A stretch of DNA of 63,341 bases, counting the filler, from Octopus bimaculoides (taxonomy: Eukaryota), in assembly GCF_001194135.2 (NCBI RefSeq). It is 5 parts of 5 records of this genome, joined end to end, with 100 filler letters (N's around TTAATTAATTAA, not from the genome) between each part and the next. Parts side by side here need not be neighbours in the genome. Positions count along the whole stretch, not along the records: positions 1 to 31,301 come from NC_068997.1; 4 more parts are not named here. One strand, given 5' to 3'. The first letter of the stretch is position 1. Each line of letters starts with the position of its first letter. The notes below the pieces were generated by a model. The model did no database searches. It saw only the letters and a program-made list of their open reading frames with translations, and was not told where the DNA came from. Of this stretch, positions 13,686 through 28,216 are shown one piece after another. Position numbers and translations under genes: made by a program.

Positions 13686-15311
13686 NNNNNNNNNNNNNNN
13701 NNNNNNNNNNNNNNNNNNNNNNNNNNNNNNNNNNNNNNNNNNNNNNNNNNNNNNNNNNNNNNNNNNNNNNNNNNNNNNNNNNNNNNNNNNNNNNNNNNNN
13801 NNNNNNNNNNNNNNNNNNNNNNNNNNNNNNNNNNNNNNNNNNNNNNNNNNNNNNNNNNNNNNNNNNNNNNNNNNNNNNNNNNNNNNNNNNNNNNNNNNNN
13901 NNNNNNNNNNNNNNNNNNNNNNNNNNNNNNNNNNNNNNNNNNNNNNNNNNNNNNNNATATATATATATATATATACACATATATATATCATATGTGTACG
14001 TAAAATGATATTGTTAAGATACGTCATTTTCCATGTCATAGCAATGTCCAACATCGAAGTGACAGCTAATGCCAATTGTCTGTCTAACGACACATCTAAA
14101 CTTAGCACGATATTATGTAACAGAAGTTTTACTGCAGTTAGTGTTCCGTTAATGTTATTTTTGCAAACTAACATTGTAATGACGATGGCCGTAGTTGTAA
14201 TCAATTCCAACAATGTCATGAGGACTTGAGTTTTATAAGGGAATCGTATAAGTTCACTGACAGGGTTAACATCGTATTCGTTTTCCCTGCCATTATGGAA
14301 ATGCAGATCAGAAAGGGAGGTAACAACCTATGTTAAAATCCATCCGTTTAAAGATTTCTACTAGTCTGCTGTTCATAGGGCTATGTAAATGATAAGGATA
14401 TCTTACGCTAGTACAAGGCCGTACATTTGTACAGAACGGAATTCGGTGATATTTTTTTCTTTTTTTGTTTGTACCATATCACTCAATATGCACGGTATTT
14501 ATTTTTATTTTATCAACTTGGGAGAAGAAAGTAAAGGACAAAGTTCACTATGGTGACAGAGGAACTGAGCTTTTAAACGTACGTAATATTATACTTTAAT
14601 GTCTTCAGTCCGAATTTTTTTTTGATTTTCTGTCAGCAGCTGTAAGGTATTCAGCGTTTTAAGAATTATTTCTAATTTAAGCACCAGGCGAGTGTAGTCG
14701 ATATCATCGACTCCAGTACTCGACTGGTATATCTATCATCGCTTACCCCGGATTCGCTCATCACTGATCCAGGACAACACGGGTGGGCGTTGAGTCAATG
14801 ATATTGCTTGGACCGTAAAAGCGCACCCCATCGATCATTCACAACGCCAAGGACAATTTGAGGTCTCGTAACGAAACCTATTTTCACTGATTCATTTAAC
14901 ACTGTATTTTTATTTTATTTTATTATATTTAATGCTTTTGTTTTTGGACCCAAACATTCGTAGAAAGCGATGATACATGAACTACATTTTATAGGCCTCG
15001 GAAGGCTGAAAGTCAATGCCAAGCTCAGCGAGATTTGAACGCTGAATTTAAAGAGCCGGGACAATTGCCGTAAAAATAATGTTTTCAACATTTGGCATAA
15101 AGCCATCAAGCTTCAGAGGATGAGGAATAGTATTTCTCTAGTATTTCTTTGTCGACATCGGGGTGGGGGATGGAAAATAAAGTTATCTTAGGCCGAATTT
15201 AAACTCAAAATGTAAGAAGCGAGATTAAATGGTTGGCGCGCTAACAATTCTGTCAATCCAACGCACTCCTTCAGGCCTTTGGTCATATATTTCAAGCTAC
15301 CCGGTAGTGTG

Positions 15312-15398
<87 letters not shown>

Positions 15399-15521
15399 GT
15401 GTGTGTGTGTGTTAGATGGATTGAACCGTCAGATAGACTGAACCTTTAATTCCAGCGTCCAGCCTTGTCGAACGTAATGTCACGCTGATTGATTTTACTT
15501 GAGTGTCATACTAGGAGTAGT

Positions 15522-15755
15522 GGAGTCGCATGGGTTAGTCGTTAGGGCATTGGTCTCATGATCGTAAGATTGTAATTTCGATTCCCGAACCGGGAGAAGC
15601 GTTGTTTTCTTGAGCAAAATACTTCATTTCCCGTTGCTTCACTCAATTCAGCTGGTAAAAATGAGTTATCCTGTGATGGACTGGCGTCTCGTCCAGAGAG
15701 GAATATACACAGCAGAGAAACTGGGAAAATGACTCTTTGCTCCTTATGGAGTAAT
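15522..15755 (+). mobile_element. SINE family E (tRNA head, CORE-like segment, gatggactggcgtc module)
   Basis: Head ggagtcgcatgggttagtcgttagg...ttcgattcccg, then gttgttttcttgagcaaaatacttcatttc and cctgtgatggactggcgtctcgtccag. Related copies at 52778 and 59545. Confidence 0.7.
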
Positions 15756-16668
15756 ATCTACTTACCATTATGTTTGGGCTACACGAGTTTGGGCACTAAT
15801 GCAATGACTAGGTAGCTGAGTTGACCGAGTAAATGGATTGGCCACCATTGAACTCGATGGTGGAATTTTTTTAATTTTCACATGTGTGTGAGACTGACAA
15901 GGAAGATAAAGAGAAGAAGGAAACAAACACATACATGGTATATAAATGTGCATATCCATATATGTACATTTAGATACATATATAGGAATATATGTGAGTG
16001 TATGTGTGTGCGTGTATGTATCTATGTATTTTATACAGATACACATACCAATATGTGTGTAGTGATTGTGTTTGTATTGAGAATTGAGAATTGTAGGACT
16101 TGCTGTAGATAGCGAAGAAATAACTGCATTAATAGATGTATTCACGTATATATATATATATATATATATNNNNNNNNNNNNNNNNNNNNNNNNNNNNNNN
16201 NNNNNNNNNNNNNNNNNNNNNNNNNNNNNNNNNNNNNNNNNNNNNNNNNNNNNNNNNNNNNNNNNNNNNNNNNNNNNNNNNNNNNNNNNNNNNNNNNNNN
16301 NNNNNNNNNNNNNNNNNNNNNNNNNNNNNNNNNNNNNNNNNNNNNNNNNNNNNNNNNNNNNNNNNNNNNNNNNNNNNNNNNNNNNNNNNNNNNNNNNNNN
16401 NNNNNNNNNNNNNNNNNNNNNNNNNNNNNNNNNNNNNNNNNNNNNNNNNNNNNNNNNNNNNNNNNNNNNNNNNNNNNNNNNNNNNNNNNNNNNNNNNNNN
16501 NNNNNNNNNNNNNNNNNNNNNNNNNNNNNNNNNNNNNNNNNNNNNNNNNNNNNNNNNNNNNNNNNNNNNNNNNNNNNNNNNNNNNNNNNNNNNNNNNNNN
16601 NNNNNNNNNNNNNNNNNNNNNNNNNNNNNNNNNNNNNNNNNNNNNNNNNNNNNNNNNNNNNNNNNNNN

Positions 16669-16708
<40 letters not shown>

Positions 16709-19128
16709 AATTCATATATATATATATATGTATGTATGTATATGTACGAATCTATGTGTGTATGTATGCATGTATTTAAGGGGCGTGTTTTTTACGATAA
16801 CGTTTTTACACTTTTGTTTATCAAGTGGAGAATGCCAGCAACATTTTCTTCTTGTCACCTCTACTCTCTCTGTTTCTTTACATTTGTCTCTCACTCTCTC
16901 CACCCCCCTCTCTCTCTCTCCTTGTCCCTCTCTCTCTCTCTCCGTCTCTCTCTGTCCGTCTCTCTCTGTCTCTCTCTTTCTCTCTCGGTTGGAAGTTAGT
17001 AACACCTCCAGCTGATTTTTATACTCTCGCACCCCGATGAAAGAAAGGTCTCTTGTTTGGCTTTTGTAAATAACGGAATTTCTTTGTTCGTTTCTTTCTC
17101 TCTTTTTCTTTTACGTTCTTTTATTTATTTATTCATTTATATATTTTGTGTGTGTGTGTTGGAGAGGTCAGTGGTCATGACAACAGCGTTTTGTAGTGGG
17201 CAGTACCAAAAAGATTTATAGCAATCCAGCCAGAATAGTAAATACTGATTTAGCAAGTGTCGACCTTAAACGAAAGCAGCATATCTTCGTTGTTTTATCA
17301 CAGGTTTTGCTAAAAACGAATAGAAAAAAAAAAAAAGATGGAGATTTTGACGGACTTGGATGTAAGACTAAATGTTTTAAATAAATACAAATAAAAGAAA
17401 GAAAATGTATACGTAAATTCTCGAAATAATGAACAAGTATAATTACTAAACAGAAAAGAATTAAAGAGTAAATAAGTAAATATATATTCTTGTTCAAGAC
17501 TAAATTTGTACTCTACGAAAGTAGAGAGCACCCTCTCAGATTAATGTAGGACTTTGTTTATCATAACTAGACGTGAAAACAAATATTGACATAATAGCTC
17601 AGTCCTGACGTGAGTACTTTCGGAATATTAAATGAAAGACAAGAAAAAATGCAGCAACGGTGTGTATATATGTATATATGTATGTATGTGTATATATACC
17701 CACATATATAAATAAATTAATAATGAAATTAAAGATGCACAGCAAGAAAGAAATTCTAAGATTGTATATAATATGCAAGAAATTAAAATAATTCATGACT
17801 GATACAATACTTTATGAAAAAACGTACCGAAACCTACCGAAAAGCATTACATAAACAGTATTACAAAAGACAGAAAGGTTTATCAAAAGACTCGGAGAAT
17901 TTATTATTACAAAACTGACCGAAAGGAATAACAGCCTACCAATAAATATGGATTCAAGATGATCAAATCTCCACTTCCCAAACTGCTGCTTATATTTGTG
18001 GAGCAAATTTTGAACCAAGATTCTGAACGAGTCTCTTCATACAAACACGAAATCTTAAAAGCACTAAAACATTTCTTCCCAAGAATGTTTTTCTGATGGC
18101 TAAACATGTTACTATATCACGCATACATACATACATACATACATACATACATACATACATGCACGCATGCATGCACAATACAAGCTTACATGCATTATTA
18201 TGGCAAAGCTATAAAATGACGCTAAGATCAAATGTCAATTGTTCTACATATCTAAATGACTACATATTCTATAACACTAACACACACACACATGTATGTA
18301 TACATATGAATATATATATATATATATANNNNNNNNNNNNNNNNNNNNNNNNNNNNNNNNNNNNNNNNNNNNNNNNNNNNNNNNNNNNNNNNNNNNNNNN
18401 NNNNNNNNNNNNNNNNNNNNNNNNNNNNNNNNNNNNNNNNNNNNNNNNNNNNNNNNNNNNNNNNNNNNNNNNNNNNNNNNNNNNNNNNNNNNNNNNNNNN
18501 NNNNNNNNNNNNNNNNNNNNNNNNNNNNNNNNNNNNNNNNNNNNNNNNNNNNNNNNNNNNNNNNNNNNNNNNNNNNNNNNNNNNNNNNNNNNNNNNNNNN
18601 NNNNNNNNNNNNNNNNNNNNNNNNNNNNNNNNNNNNNNNNNNNNNNNNNNNNNNNNNNNNNNNNNNNNNNNNNNNNNNNNNNNNNNNNNNNNNNNNNNNN
18701 NNNNNNNNNNNNNNNNNNNNNNNNNNNNNNNNNNNNNNNNNNNNNNNNNNNNNNNNNNNNNNNNNNNNNNNNNNNNNNNNNNNNNNNNNNNNNNNNNNNN
18801 NNNNNNNNNNNNNNNNNNNNNNNNNNNNNNNNNNNNNNNNNNNNNNNNNNNNNNNNNNNNNNNNNNNNNNNNNNNNNNNNNNNNNNNNNNNNNNNNNNNN
18901 NNNNNNNNNNNNNNNNNNNNNNNNNNNNNNNNNNNNNNNNNNNNNNNNNNNNNNNNNNNNNNNNNNNNNNNNNNNNNNNNNNNNNNNNNNNNNNNNNNNN
19001 NNNNNNNNNNNNNNNNNNNNNNNNNNNNNNNNNNNNNNNNNNNNNNNNNNNNNNNNNNNNNNNNNNNNNNNNNNNNNNNNNNNNNNNNNNNNNNNNNNNN
19101 NNNNNNNNNNNNNNNNNNNNNNNNNNNN

Positions 19129-19160
<32 letters not shown>

Positions 19161-19439
19161 ATAGATATAAGTAAAATAAAATACATAAATAAATACATAA
19201 TTAAAATTTGAGAAATGATTCAAGATTTAGGGTATCCATTTCTATAAACACAATGATTTGTAAGCAAATATGATAACCAAATTAACGTGGGGACAAAGAA
19301 CAGTAGAGACAAGCTGTTGCTCTGCATGATATCTTTCTTATACTGTATCAAATTTGATTTGTTTTAATCACTGCCAAGAAGTTTAAAAAAATGCTGTACC
19401 AAATCTAATTTTGGCGTTCAGTAGCTCTTCTCAGCAGCT

Positions 19440-19640
19440 GTGGAACTCTAATTCGAAAGTTTTAATAATCCACCCCTGTTGTATAGTATTAAGGGCCTTT
19501 CTGATAGTCCAGCCACACTACGGTCAAGTTCCTGCAGTTCTTTACTGTGCCCTCCCGTGACATTTTGTTAATTATCAGCTGCTCTGTATAGCTTCATTCT
19601 TCTCTCTTTCCTCCAGACTGTTTATGTTTTGTTGGGGGCA
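19440..19640 (-). pseudogene. Decayed reverse-transcriptase fragment of an R4/Dong-clade non-LTR retrotransposon
   Basis: Manual translation ...SYTEQLIINKMSREGTVKNCRNLTVVWLDYQK-(frameshift)-ALNTIQQGWIIKTFEL resembles the R4-clade RT block DQLLI.K...NL..AWIDYKKAFDSVPHSWI. Contains a stop and a frameshift. Confidence 0.6.
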
Positions 19641-19674
19641 CAATGACCCTATCGAAAGAGAGAGCGAGCGAGCG

Positions 19675-19715
<41 letters not shown>

Positions 19716-20664
19716 CGGGGGGAGGAGAATGGCCAGTGTATATCATACGCATGATGTCTCAAAAAGCTGTTGAGAGATAATTTTTCAAATACCGCTTACA
19801 ACTTATCCTAAAGCACATGTAGAGTGTTAAATAGATTTTGTCTACTGCGTCAGTTCATTTGGCTAAGTTTGGAATTTCATATGAATTACCGCTGGCCATG
19901 GAACTTGCCTGTTGTCTGTTACAAGTTTTGATAATATTATTGTGTGACTGTATGTTGCTGCAGGGATTGAAGTTACCAGTGAAGAGTGTTCTACTATTTA
20001 ATGCTGTATTTAGAGTAAAATAAATCTGCACTGATTTGGGCGAAGGTAACGAGTCGTTAGACAGTTGACTAGAATGTCTCACGGTGTTTGTTCCAAATCT
20101 ATACATGCTGAATTCAAATCCCGCCAAGGTTAATTTTACCATTAGTCCTTTAGGGATCTTAAAAAAAAAAAAAAAAAGATATCAATGAGGAACGGTGGAT
20201 TGGCGGAACAGTTTGAGGGTCGGGCGAGATATTTAGAGTATGTTCCTAGCTCATTGTTTTCTGACAGCAGCCTTTCACATAATTAATGCCAAACTCTATC
20301 GGTCCATGTCGGCAAATATTCTTCGGTAAATATCGATAGCGTATAGAGGAGTGATATTCATGTACGGATGCCAGTCTTTCTCAAAACCTATTGCCATAGC
20401 CCTATACATACATGTGTAGATAGATGACCAACGTTGACCTACGGAAAACCTAAAGATTTTCCGTAAACCTTTAGGTCTCATTTATGTGGACCAATTTATA
20501 TTTGTTGAATCCTTTTGCTTGTTCATTAAGATGTGTTAAGTAAAGTGCTGGATATTTGATGTTCTATATGTTTCAGAGACGGCGCATAGCTCACCGGCTC
20601 TTTTCCTATTGGCAAGAAACCTTGAAATTAAACTGAATAGTGACATTCATACATACATACACGC

Positions 20665-20755
<91 letters not shown>

Positions 20756-21257
20756 TACATACAAATATATGTCGATAAATATGCAGATAACTCCCCTCCC
20801 GTCCCCACACATATTTTCGTAGCGATTTCACCAAATAATCATTGTTTAAATGCTCAAGGGCCTGTAGCCAGCCTAGCATTATACCCTGCCCAAAAGACAC
20901 ACTACAGAAATCATAACCACAATTTAGTAATTTCCTTTACTGAAAGAGACGAAGAGAGATATTTCTCTACTTCTGCTACGATTCAAGAATCCTCATAACT
21001 TTTGAGGAATTTTATTCGAAATGTTAAGTGTCAATTAACCTATTTGACTTTTCTCCTACATTTTTATATCCGAAACAATGCCAGAGAGTCCTTATAATGA
21101 ATCACCTTAATACGTCTATCACCTCTTTCATTATATTTGCTTGGTTTCTGTGGTGTTTAGTTAATCCAGGATGTCTTAGGCTTCCGTCAAAATGTGCATC
21201 AGTTTAGCGGTTTTCTGTACTCTAGCTAACGTTTCAAGCTATACATATGTGTGTGTG

Positions 21258-21292
<35 letters not shown>

Positions 21293-22018
21293 GTGCGTGC
21301 TCATACATACACACACATATAAAATATTTTAAAGATATATCTGTACATATATATTCATACATGTACATACGTATATATGTATATATATGTGTATATATAT
21401 ACACACACACACATATATAATTTACCGATATATATATATATATATGTACATAAATATATATATATATACATATGTATATGTATATATATANNNNNNNNNN
21501 NNNNNNNNNNNNNNNNNNNNNNNNNNNNNNNNNNNNNNNNNNNNNNNNNNNNNNNNNNNNNNNNNNNNNNNNNNNNNNNNNNNNNNNNNNNNNNNNNNNN
21601 NNNNNNNNNNNNNNNNNNNNNNNNNNNNNNNNNNNNNNNNNNNNNNNNNNNNNNNNNNNNNNNNNNNNNNNNNNNNNNNNNNNNNNNNNNNNNNNNNNNN
21701 NNNNNNNNNNNNNNNNNNNNNNNNNNNNNNNNNNNNNNNNNNNNNNNNNNNNNNNNNNNNNNNNNNNNNNNNNNNNNNNNNNNNNNNNNNNNNNNNNNNN
21801 NNNNNNNNNNNNNNNNNNNNNNNNNNNNNNNNNNNNNNNNNNNNNNNNNNNNNNNNNNNNNNNNNNNNNNNNNNNNNNNNNNNNNNNNNNNNNNNNNNNN
21901 NNNNNNNNNNNNNNNNNNNNNNNNNNNNNNNNNNNNNNNNNNNNNNNNNNNNNNNNNNNNNNNNNNNNNNNNNNNNNNNNNNNNNNNNNNNNNNNNNNNN
22001 NNNNNNNNNNNNNNNNNN

Positions 22019-22050
<32 letters not shown>

Positions 22051-22142
22051 TCTCCGTCTCTGTGTCTCTGTTTCCTTTATATTTCTTGTTCCCTACAACT
22101 CAAACAATTTTCTGTTAACCAATATTAATGTATACCAAAAGT

Positions 22143-22343
22143 CGGTGAGCTGGCGCAACCGTTAGCAAGCCAAGCAAAATGCTTATCGGCGTTTCGTCCG
22201 TTTTCATGTTCAAATTCCGCCGGAGTCGACTTTGACTTTCATACTTTCGGGGTCGATAAATTAAGTACCAGCTGAGTACTGGGGTCAATGTAATCGATGA
22301 ACTCCGTACCAGAAATCACTTGCCTTGTCCCAAATTTGAAATC
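22143..22343 (+). mobile_element. SINE family A
   Basis: ggtgagctggcgcaaccgttagc...gtcgactttgactttcatactttcggggtcgataaattaagtaccag. Confidence 0.8.
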
Positions 22344-22371
22344 AATATCAATATAAACTACATTCACTGAA

Positions 22372-22500
22372 GTGGAGACACATGGCCTAGTGGTTAGAGC
22401 AGCGGACTCGCGATCGAGAGATCGTAGGTTCGAATCTCAGACCAGGCAATGTGTGTATTTATGAGCGAAGCACCTAAGCTCCACTAAGCTCCAGCAGAAG
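22372..22500 (+). mobile_element. SINE family C tRNA-like head (3'-truncated)
   Basis: ggagacacatggcctagtggttagagcagcggactcgcgatcg...ggttcgaatctc continues into SINE body ttatgagcgaagcacctaagctccac rather than an acceptor stem. Confidence 0.75.
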
Positions 22501-23000
22501 CTCGCCTTTAGCTTCTGCTGACACTACAATACAAATAAGTTTCGTATTAATTCACATGATATTGAAAAGAAACGAACGGATTTATCTGACAGTCCAATAA
22601 GATGAAAATATCCAGAAATATAGTCGGCATTCTCAAATCTTTATTTATGTATTGCTAAACCAGATCAAAATGCCTGTGGATTCAGTCCTTTACATGCAGT
22701 CAGCTGGAGTGTGTGTGTGTGTGTTTGTGTGTGTGTGTTTGTATGTATGTGTGTGTGTGNNNNNNNNNNGTGTGTGTGTGTGTTTGTGTGTGTGTGTTTG
22801 TATGTATGTGTGTGTGTGTGTGTGTGTGCGTGTGCAAACAAACATGCATAGATACATAAATATATATATATATAAGGTATAGGTATATATATAATATAAT
22901 ACATGTATAAGCATTTATGTGAATATACATGTGTATGTATATATGTATATGTGTGTATATAAATATGTATATAAATACACATAAATATATGTGTGTGTGA

Positions 23001-23040
<40 letters not shown>

Positions 23041-23249
23041 NNNNNNNNNNNNNNNNNNNNNNNNNNNNNNNNNNNNNNNNNNNNNNNNNNNNNNNNNNNN
23101 NNNNNNNNNNNNNNNNNNNNNNNNNNNNNNNNNNNNNNNNNNNNNNNNNNNNNNNNNNNNNNNNNNNNNNNNNNNNNNNNNNNNNNNNNNNNNNNNNNNN
23201 NNNNNNNNNNNNNNNNNNNNNNNNNNNNNNNNNNNNNNNNNNNNNNNNN

Positions 23250-23296
<47 letters not shown>

Positions 23297-24207
23297 GTTT
23301 ATATGTTTATATCTCTTTAGACACACAAACATATACGTGCACCTGTGTACGAAACACACATGTTCCACGTACGTATTCGCACGTACATGCATTACATACG
23401 CACACTGTTAATATTGCTAACTGTGTCTCTTTTGCAAGCTACCCCCATTAACAACATTTAGTTATATCATTCTCTCGTTAAAACATTGTAACAAAGTAAT
23501 GCACATTGTTATATCTATATTTGAGTACGATTTTATATACAAATTTACACATAAATACGCATACCTTTTTGGATGTATGTATATATATATATATATGTGC
23601 GTGTGTGTTTGTATGTGTTTCTGTATGTGATTTTTTATGTATTTGTGTGTGTGTGTGTGTGTTATATTCAAAATGCGTCTTTATTTTAAATTTAACTTAT
23701 TTCATTAGTTTCTTTTTCTCCTCATATATTGGTATGAGACCCTTACAAGTTGTTTGGGCAATAAAATCCCTACCTCCATCAGCTTCAAAATTTCCAAAAT
23801 TTTACAATTTCATCAGTGGGACGCAAATTATTCTTAATGTGTTTACTTGCGGCATACGTATGTCCCGCAAAATCCTAGTATCAAAAATGGACGCTGATAA
23901 CGTATTAATTTCCTACACGCATCGAACTATCTTAGAGCCTACACAGATCCACCTCTTACAATTCCCTACATATTTCCTCATGCTACCTAGACCCTACCTC
24001 CATACTGCACAATAGATATATAAAATGACATTCCATTTAGTCATTAAAACTATTGCCTATGTAAACCATTTATATTCGACTCGGCTCAGATTTTAAAAAT
24101 ATTCACAGTCGGAATTGCAGCTCTGTATCAATGATCAAAAGTCTAGCTTCTGTAATTAGAAATAACTAAGCCTTTGTTGAATAGTTTTTATCACCAACGC
24201 AAACTTT

Positions 24208-24416
24208 GGTTTCAAATTTTGATACAAGGCTATCAAATTCGAGGGAGGGGTAAATTGATTACATCGACTCAAGCGCTCAGCAGTAAATATTTTATCGACT
24301 CCGAATGGGTGAAAGTTAAAGTCGACCCCTGGCGGCATTTGAACTTAGAACTTTAAGTTGGAAGGAATGTCGCTAAGCATTTTGTCTAGCGCAGTAATGA
24401 TTCTGCCAGTTCATCG
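24208..24416 (-). mobile_element. SINE family A
   Basis: Reverse complement of head, core and ccaaaatttgaaa-type tail. Confidence 0.75.
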
Positions 24417-25136
24417 TCTGTATATATTTTAATTCCTCACCTAAAGCATAAGGCACAGGCGATTTAATAGTTTTAAGTACTAGGTTGGCTCTTTATTTTG
24501 TGGCTAACCAGAAAAATTGAATAGCAATGTTGTCCTCAGATGGATTTGAATTTAATGGTGATATAATTGCTTTTATATATTAATTTATATAAATTAATTT
24601 TTTGTTAGTTTATATTTTACGTTTATAATTTTAATTTAACCTAAAACTTCGTTTAAATTGTATTTTAAACGAAAGATTCGTTAAGATAAGATTTGCATAT
24701 AATATTTCTGTTAGTTTATATTATAATAAACGTAAAGTTAATGATAGCACGTTTATAATTTTTGATATTTTAGATAATATTGTTTAACATTTTTCTATCT
24801 TAATATAATAAGTATTTTTGTATACATTCATTTGTAATTTATTGTTGGTTGATATATACATTCTTTTTATTATTATTGTTGTTGTATTTTGACCTGAAGA
24901 TTAGCTATATTTTTGAATAGAATTGATTTTCGATCGATTTAATCGATTTGAATATATGTTATTTTCTATTTGAAAACTTGGTTAAGAAACACGTGTAGTC
25001 GTTTTATTATCATTATCTTATGATTTTTACTTCGTATTATATTATACTTATTTATCGTGCATTTACTTATTCATTTTTCTATTTGTGACTGTGGATTTTC
25101 ATGGATGTGTTCATGAACTTTGGTTCATTTCTCTAA

Positions 25137-25200
<64 letters not shown>

Positions 25201-25201
<1 letters not shown>

Positions 25202-25385
25202 GTGGCGAGCTGACAGAACAGTTAGTACGCCGGGCAAAATGCTACGCAGCGCTTCGTTCGTCTTTACGTTCTGATTTCAATTTCCAGCCCGCTGATTAAA
25301 CAAGTACAAGTACCAGTCCAGCATTGGAATCGATGTAATCGATTTAACCCTTTGCCCAAAATTAATAGCCTTGTGCCAAACTTTG
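25201..25385 (+). mobile_element. SINE family A directly after a (TA)n run
   Basis: ggtggcgagctgacagaacagttagtacgccgggcaaaatgc...gtcgat/atcgat region, with an internal deletion. Confidence 0.75.
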
Positions 25386-25453
25386 TGTCCGTGTTTGTAT
25401 ACATACATACATACATACATATATACATACATATATACATACATACATACACC

Positions 25454-25491
<38 letters not shown>

Positions 25492-26670
25492 GAAAGAGAG
25501 AGAGAGAGAGAGAGAGTGAGAGATAGATACATACATATGGACAGATAGATAGATAAATATTTATGTGTGTGTATATGTATATATATATATAAATAAATAT
25601 ATATATATACATACATACATATATATATATANNNNNNNNNNNNNNNNNNNNNNNNNNNNNNNNNNNNNNNNNNNNNNNNNNNNNNNNNNNNNNNNNNNNN
25701 NNNNNNNNNNNNNNNNNNNNNNNNNNATATATATATGGGAGAATATACAAAAAATAACAACAGACGAGGACAGGTGGTGTAAATAACAAAAGTATATATT
25801 AGTATGACGCTCGGGAATACGGAAAGTCTTTGACGTTTCGAGCTACGCTCTTCAACAGAAAGAATACGGAGACAAGGAGAAAAATACGGAGAAAAAAAAT
25901 TGAATAGTGTTCAGTCAACGGTCAATCATGAATGAATCCACACACACATATACAATAGCACATATCTAAAACACATGCAAGAACATAGATACTACACATA
26001 CACACATGCGTAGATACACTATATTCAATAACAACAACAACATCAACAACTAAAGAATAGAAGAAACAACTAAAACAACAACAACAACAACATCAGACCA
26101 ATATCAACGACACAATTGGGGATTCTTTAATTCTGGTTTATTGTCAAGTTAAAGAACAGAGCAAAACAATGTGCCAAAGACTTATTTGAAATCTTGGCAC
26201 ACATCTTTTGGAAAGTCTATAGAGATGGTTTTCAAAGATAGGAAACATTGAATGAAGAGGCCAAGCAAAGCAAGATCTTGTGTCGAGATTAATTATAATA
26301 GAAGAGTTTATTCGTATTCGAAATTTACAAGAACTTTTGTTTCCAGAGGAAGTGGAGGAGGGGGAGATAGGAAGGGAGGGAGAGCGTGAGTGTGAGCAAA
26401 AAAAAGAGATAATGAGAGAGAGTGCGTGTGTGTGTGTGAGTGAGAGAAAGTGAGAGAGAGAGAGAGTAAGAGTGAATGAGAGGAGGATTGTTAGACAGAA
26501 AGAGAGAGAGAAAGGGTGTTTGTGTGTGTGTGCGTGTGTGTGCGTGCGTGTGTGTGTGTGCGTGCGTGTGTGTGTGTGCGTGTGTGTTTCAGAGAGAGTA
26601 TGTGAGTGAATATCTATGCGTATGTATATATGCATATATGTCTATATTAGTATGTGTGTGTTTGTTTGTG

Positions 26671-26717
<47 letters not shown>

Positions 26718-26991
26718 ACGCACGTATGCCTGTATATCAACGGAATATACACACAGACCTCGTTATTTACACACATGCATACATCTGTTTGTGTTATATT
26801 ACGTGTTTATGTGCGTCAATACCGTATGTGCCAAACTACAATTAGGTTTCCGATTAAGAAATAAATACACACACACACACAAATACACACACATACATGC
26901 TCACACTTACACACTCGTTATAGGGACGTTTCAGAATAAGGATTGTGTATGCTTGTCTGTATACTTACCTCTATATACGTTGGTATATATG

Positions 26992-27036
<45 letters not shown>

Positions 27037-27904
27037 NNNNNNNNNNNNNNNNNNNNNNNNNNNNNNNNNNNNNNNNNNNNNNNNNNNNNNNNNNNNNNNN
27101 NNNNNNNNNNNNNNNNNNNNNNNNNNNNNNNNNNNNNNNNNNNNNNNNNNNNNNNNNNNNNNNNNNNNNNNNNNNNNNNNNNNNNNNNNNNNNNNNNNNN
27201 NNNNNNNNNNNNNNNNNNNNNNNNNNNNNNNNNNNNNNNNNNNNNNNNNNNNNNNNNNNNNNNNNNNNNNNNNNNNNNNNNNNNNNNNNNNNNNNNNNNN
27301 NNNNNNNNNNNNNNNNNNNNNNNNNNNNNNNNNNNNNNNNNNNNNNNNNNNNNNNNNNNNNNNNNNNNNNNNNNNNNNNNNNNNNNNNNNNNNNNNNNNN
27401 NNNNNNNNNNNNNNNNNNNNNNNNNNNNNNNNNNNNNNNNNNNNNNNNNNNNNNNNNNNNNNNNNNNNNNNNNNNNNNNNNNNNNNNNNNNNNNNNNNNN
27501 NNNNNNNNNNNNNNNNNNNNNNNNNNNNNNNNNNNNNNNNNNNNNNNNNNNNNNNNNNNNNNNNNNNNNNNNNNNNNNNNNNNNNNNNNNNNNNNNNNNN
27601 NNNNNNNNNNNNNNNNNNNNNNNNNNNNNNNNNNNNNNNNNNNNNNNNNNNNNNNNNNNNNNNNNNNNNNNNNNNNNNNNNNNNNNNNNNNNNNNNNNNN
27701 NNNNNNNNNNNNNNNNNNNNNNNNNNNNNNNNNNNNNNNNNNNNNNNNNNNNNNNNNNNNNNNNNNNNNNNNNNNNNNNNNNNNNNNNNNNNNNNNNNNN
27801 NNNNNNNNNNNNNNNNTAGACTTAGTCTTCTCTAACGTTCAATATAATGGTTTCTGCAATAGACAAAAGCCAGCAATTTTGAATAGAGAATGGTTAGTCT
27901 GTAT

Positions 27905-28216
27905 CAGTGGTTCTCAAAGTGGGCAGTATTCCCCACCCCGAGAAAGATGGGGAGTTCCAAGGGGCCGTTGAAGAAAAGTGGGGCGATAATGGGGTAGCGA
28001 TTCATATAAAAATGTGGGGTAATAATGGAGAGGCGATTCATGTAAAACCAACAAAATAATTCTTCATTAGGTTAAGTTTTATTTGTGAAACACAGTTGCT
28101 TTGAATTTGCTTCAGAAAGAGGTCTATGTTTGTGATGGTTAGTTAGGGGTGGGGGTGGAAAGAATGTGGCCTGGGTGTCAAGGGGGCAGTACCTCGAAAA
28201 TGTTTGGGATCCAGTA
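27905..28216. mobile_element. hAT (Charlie-like) MITE
   Basis: Starts CAGTGGTTCTCAAAG. The right end tttgggatccagta is a degenerate inverse (10/14). Flanked by an 8-bp TSD gtctgtat / gtctatat (7/8), the length typical of hAT. Confidence 0.6.

Noticed and set aside
17950-18100. Plus-strand ORF MIKSPLPKLLLIFVEQ...
   Set aside because: About 45 codons with no homology or splice context. Expected by chance.
20296-20481. Minus-strand ORF MRPKGLRKIF...
   Set aside because: Short, with no splice signals or recognisable motif.
22372-22450. tRNA-like sequence (also at 12740-12818, 32632, 15522, 52960)
   Set aside because: A- and B-box-like motifs are present but run into SINE bodies without a paired acceptor stem. 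These are SINE heads, not tRNA genes.
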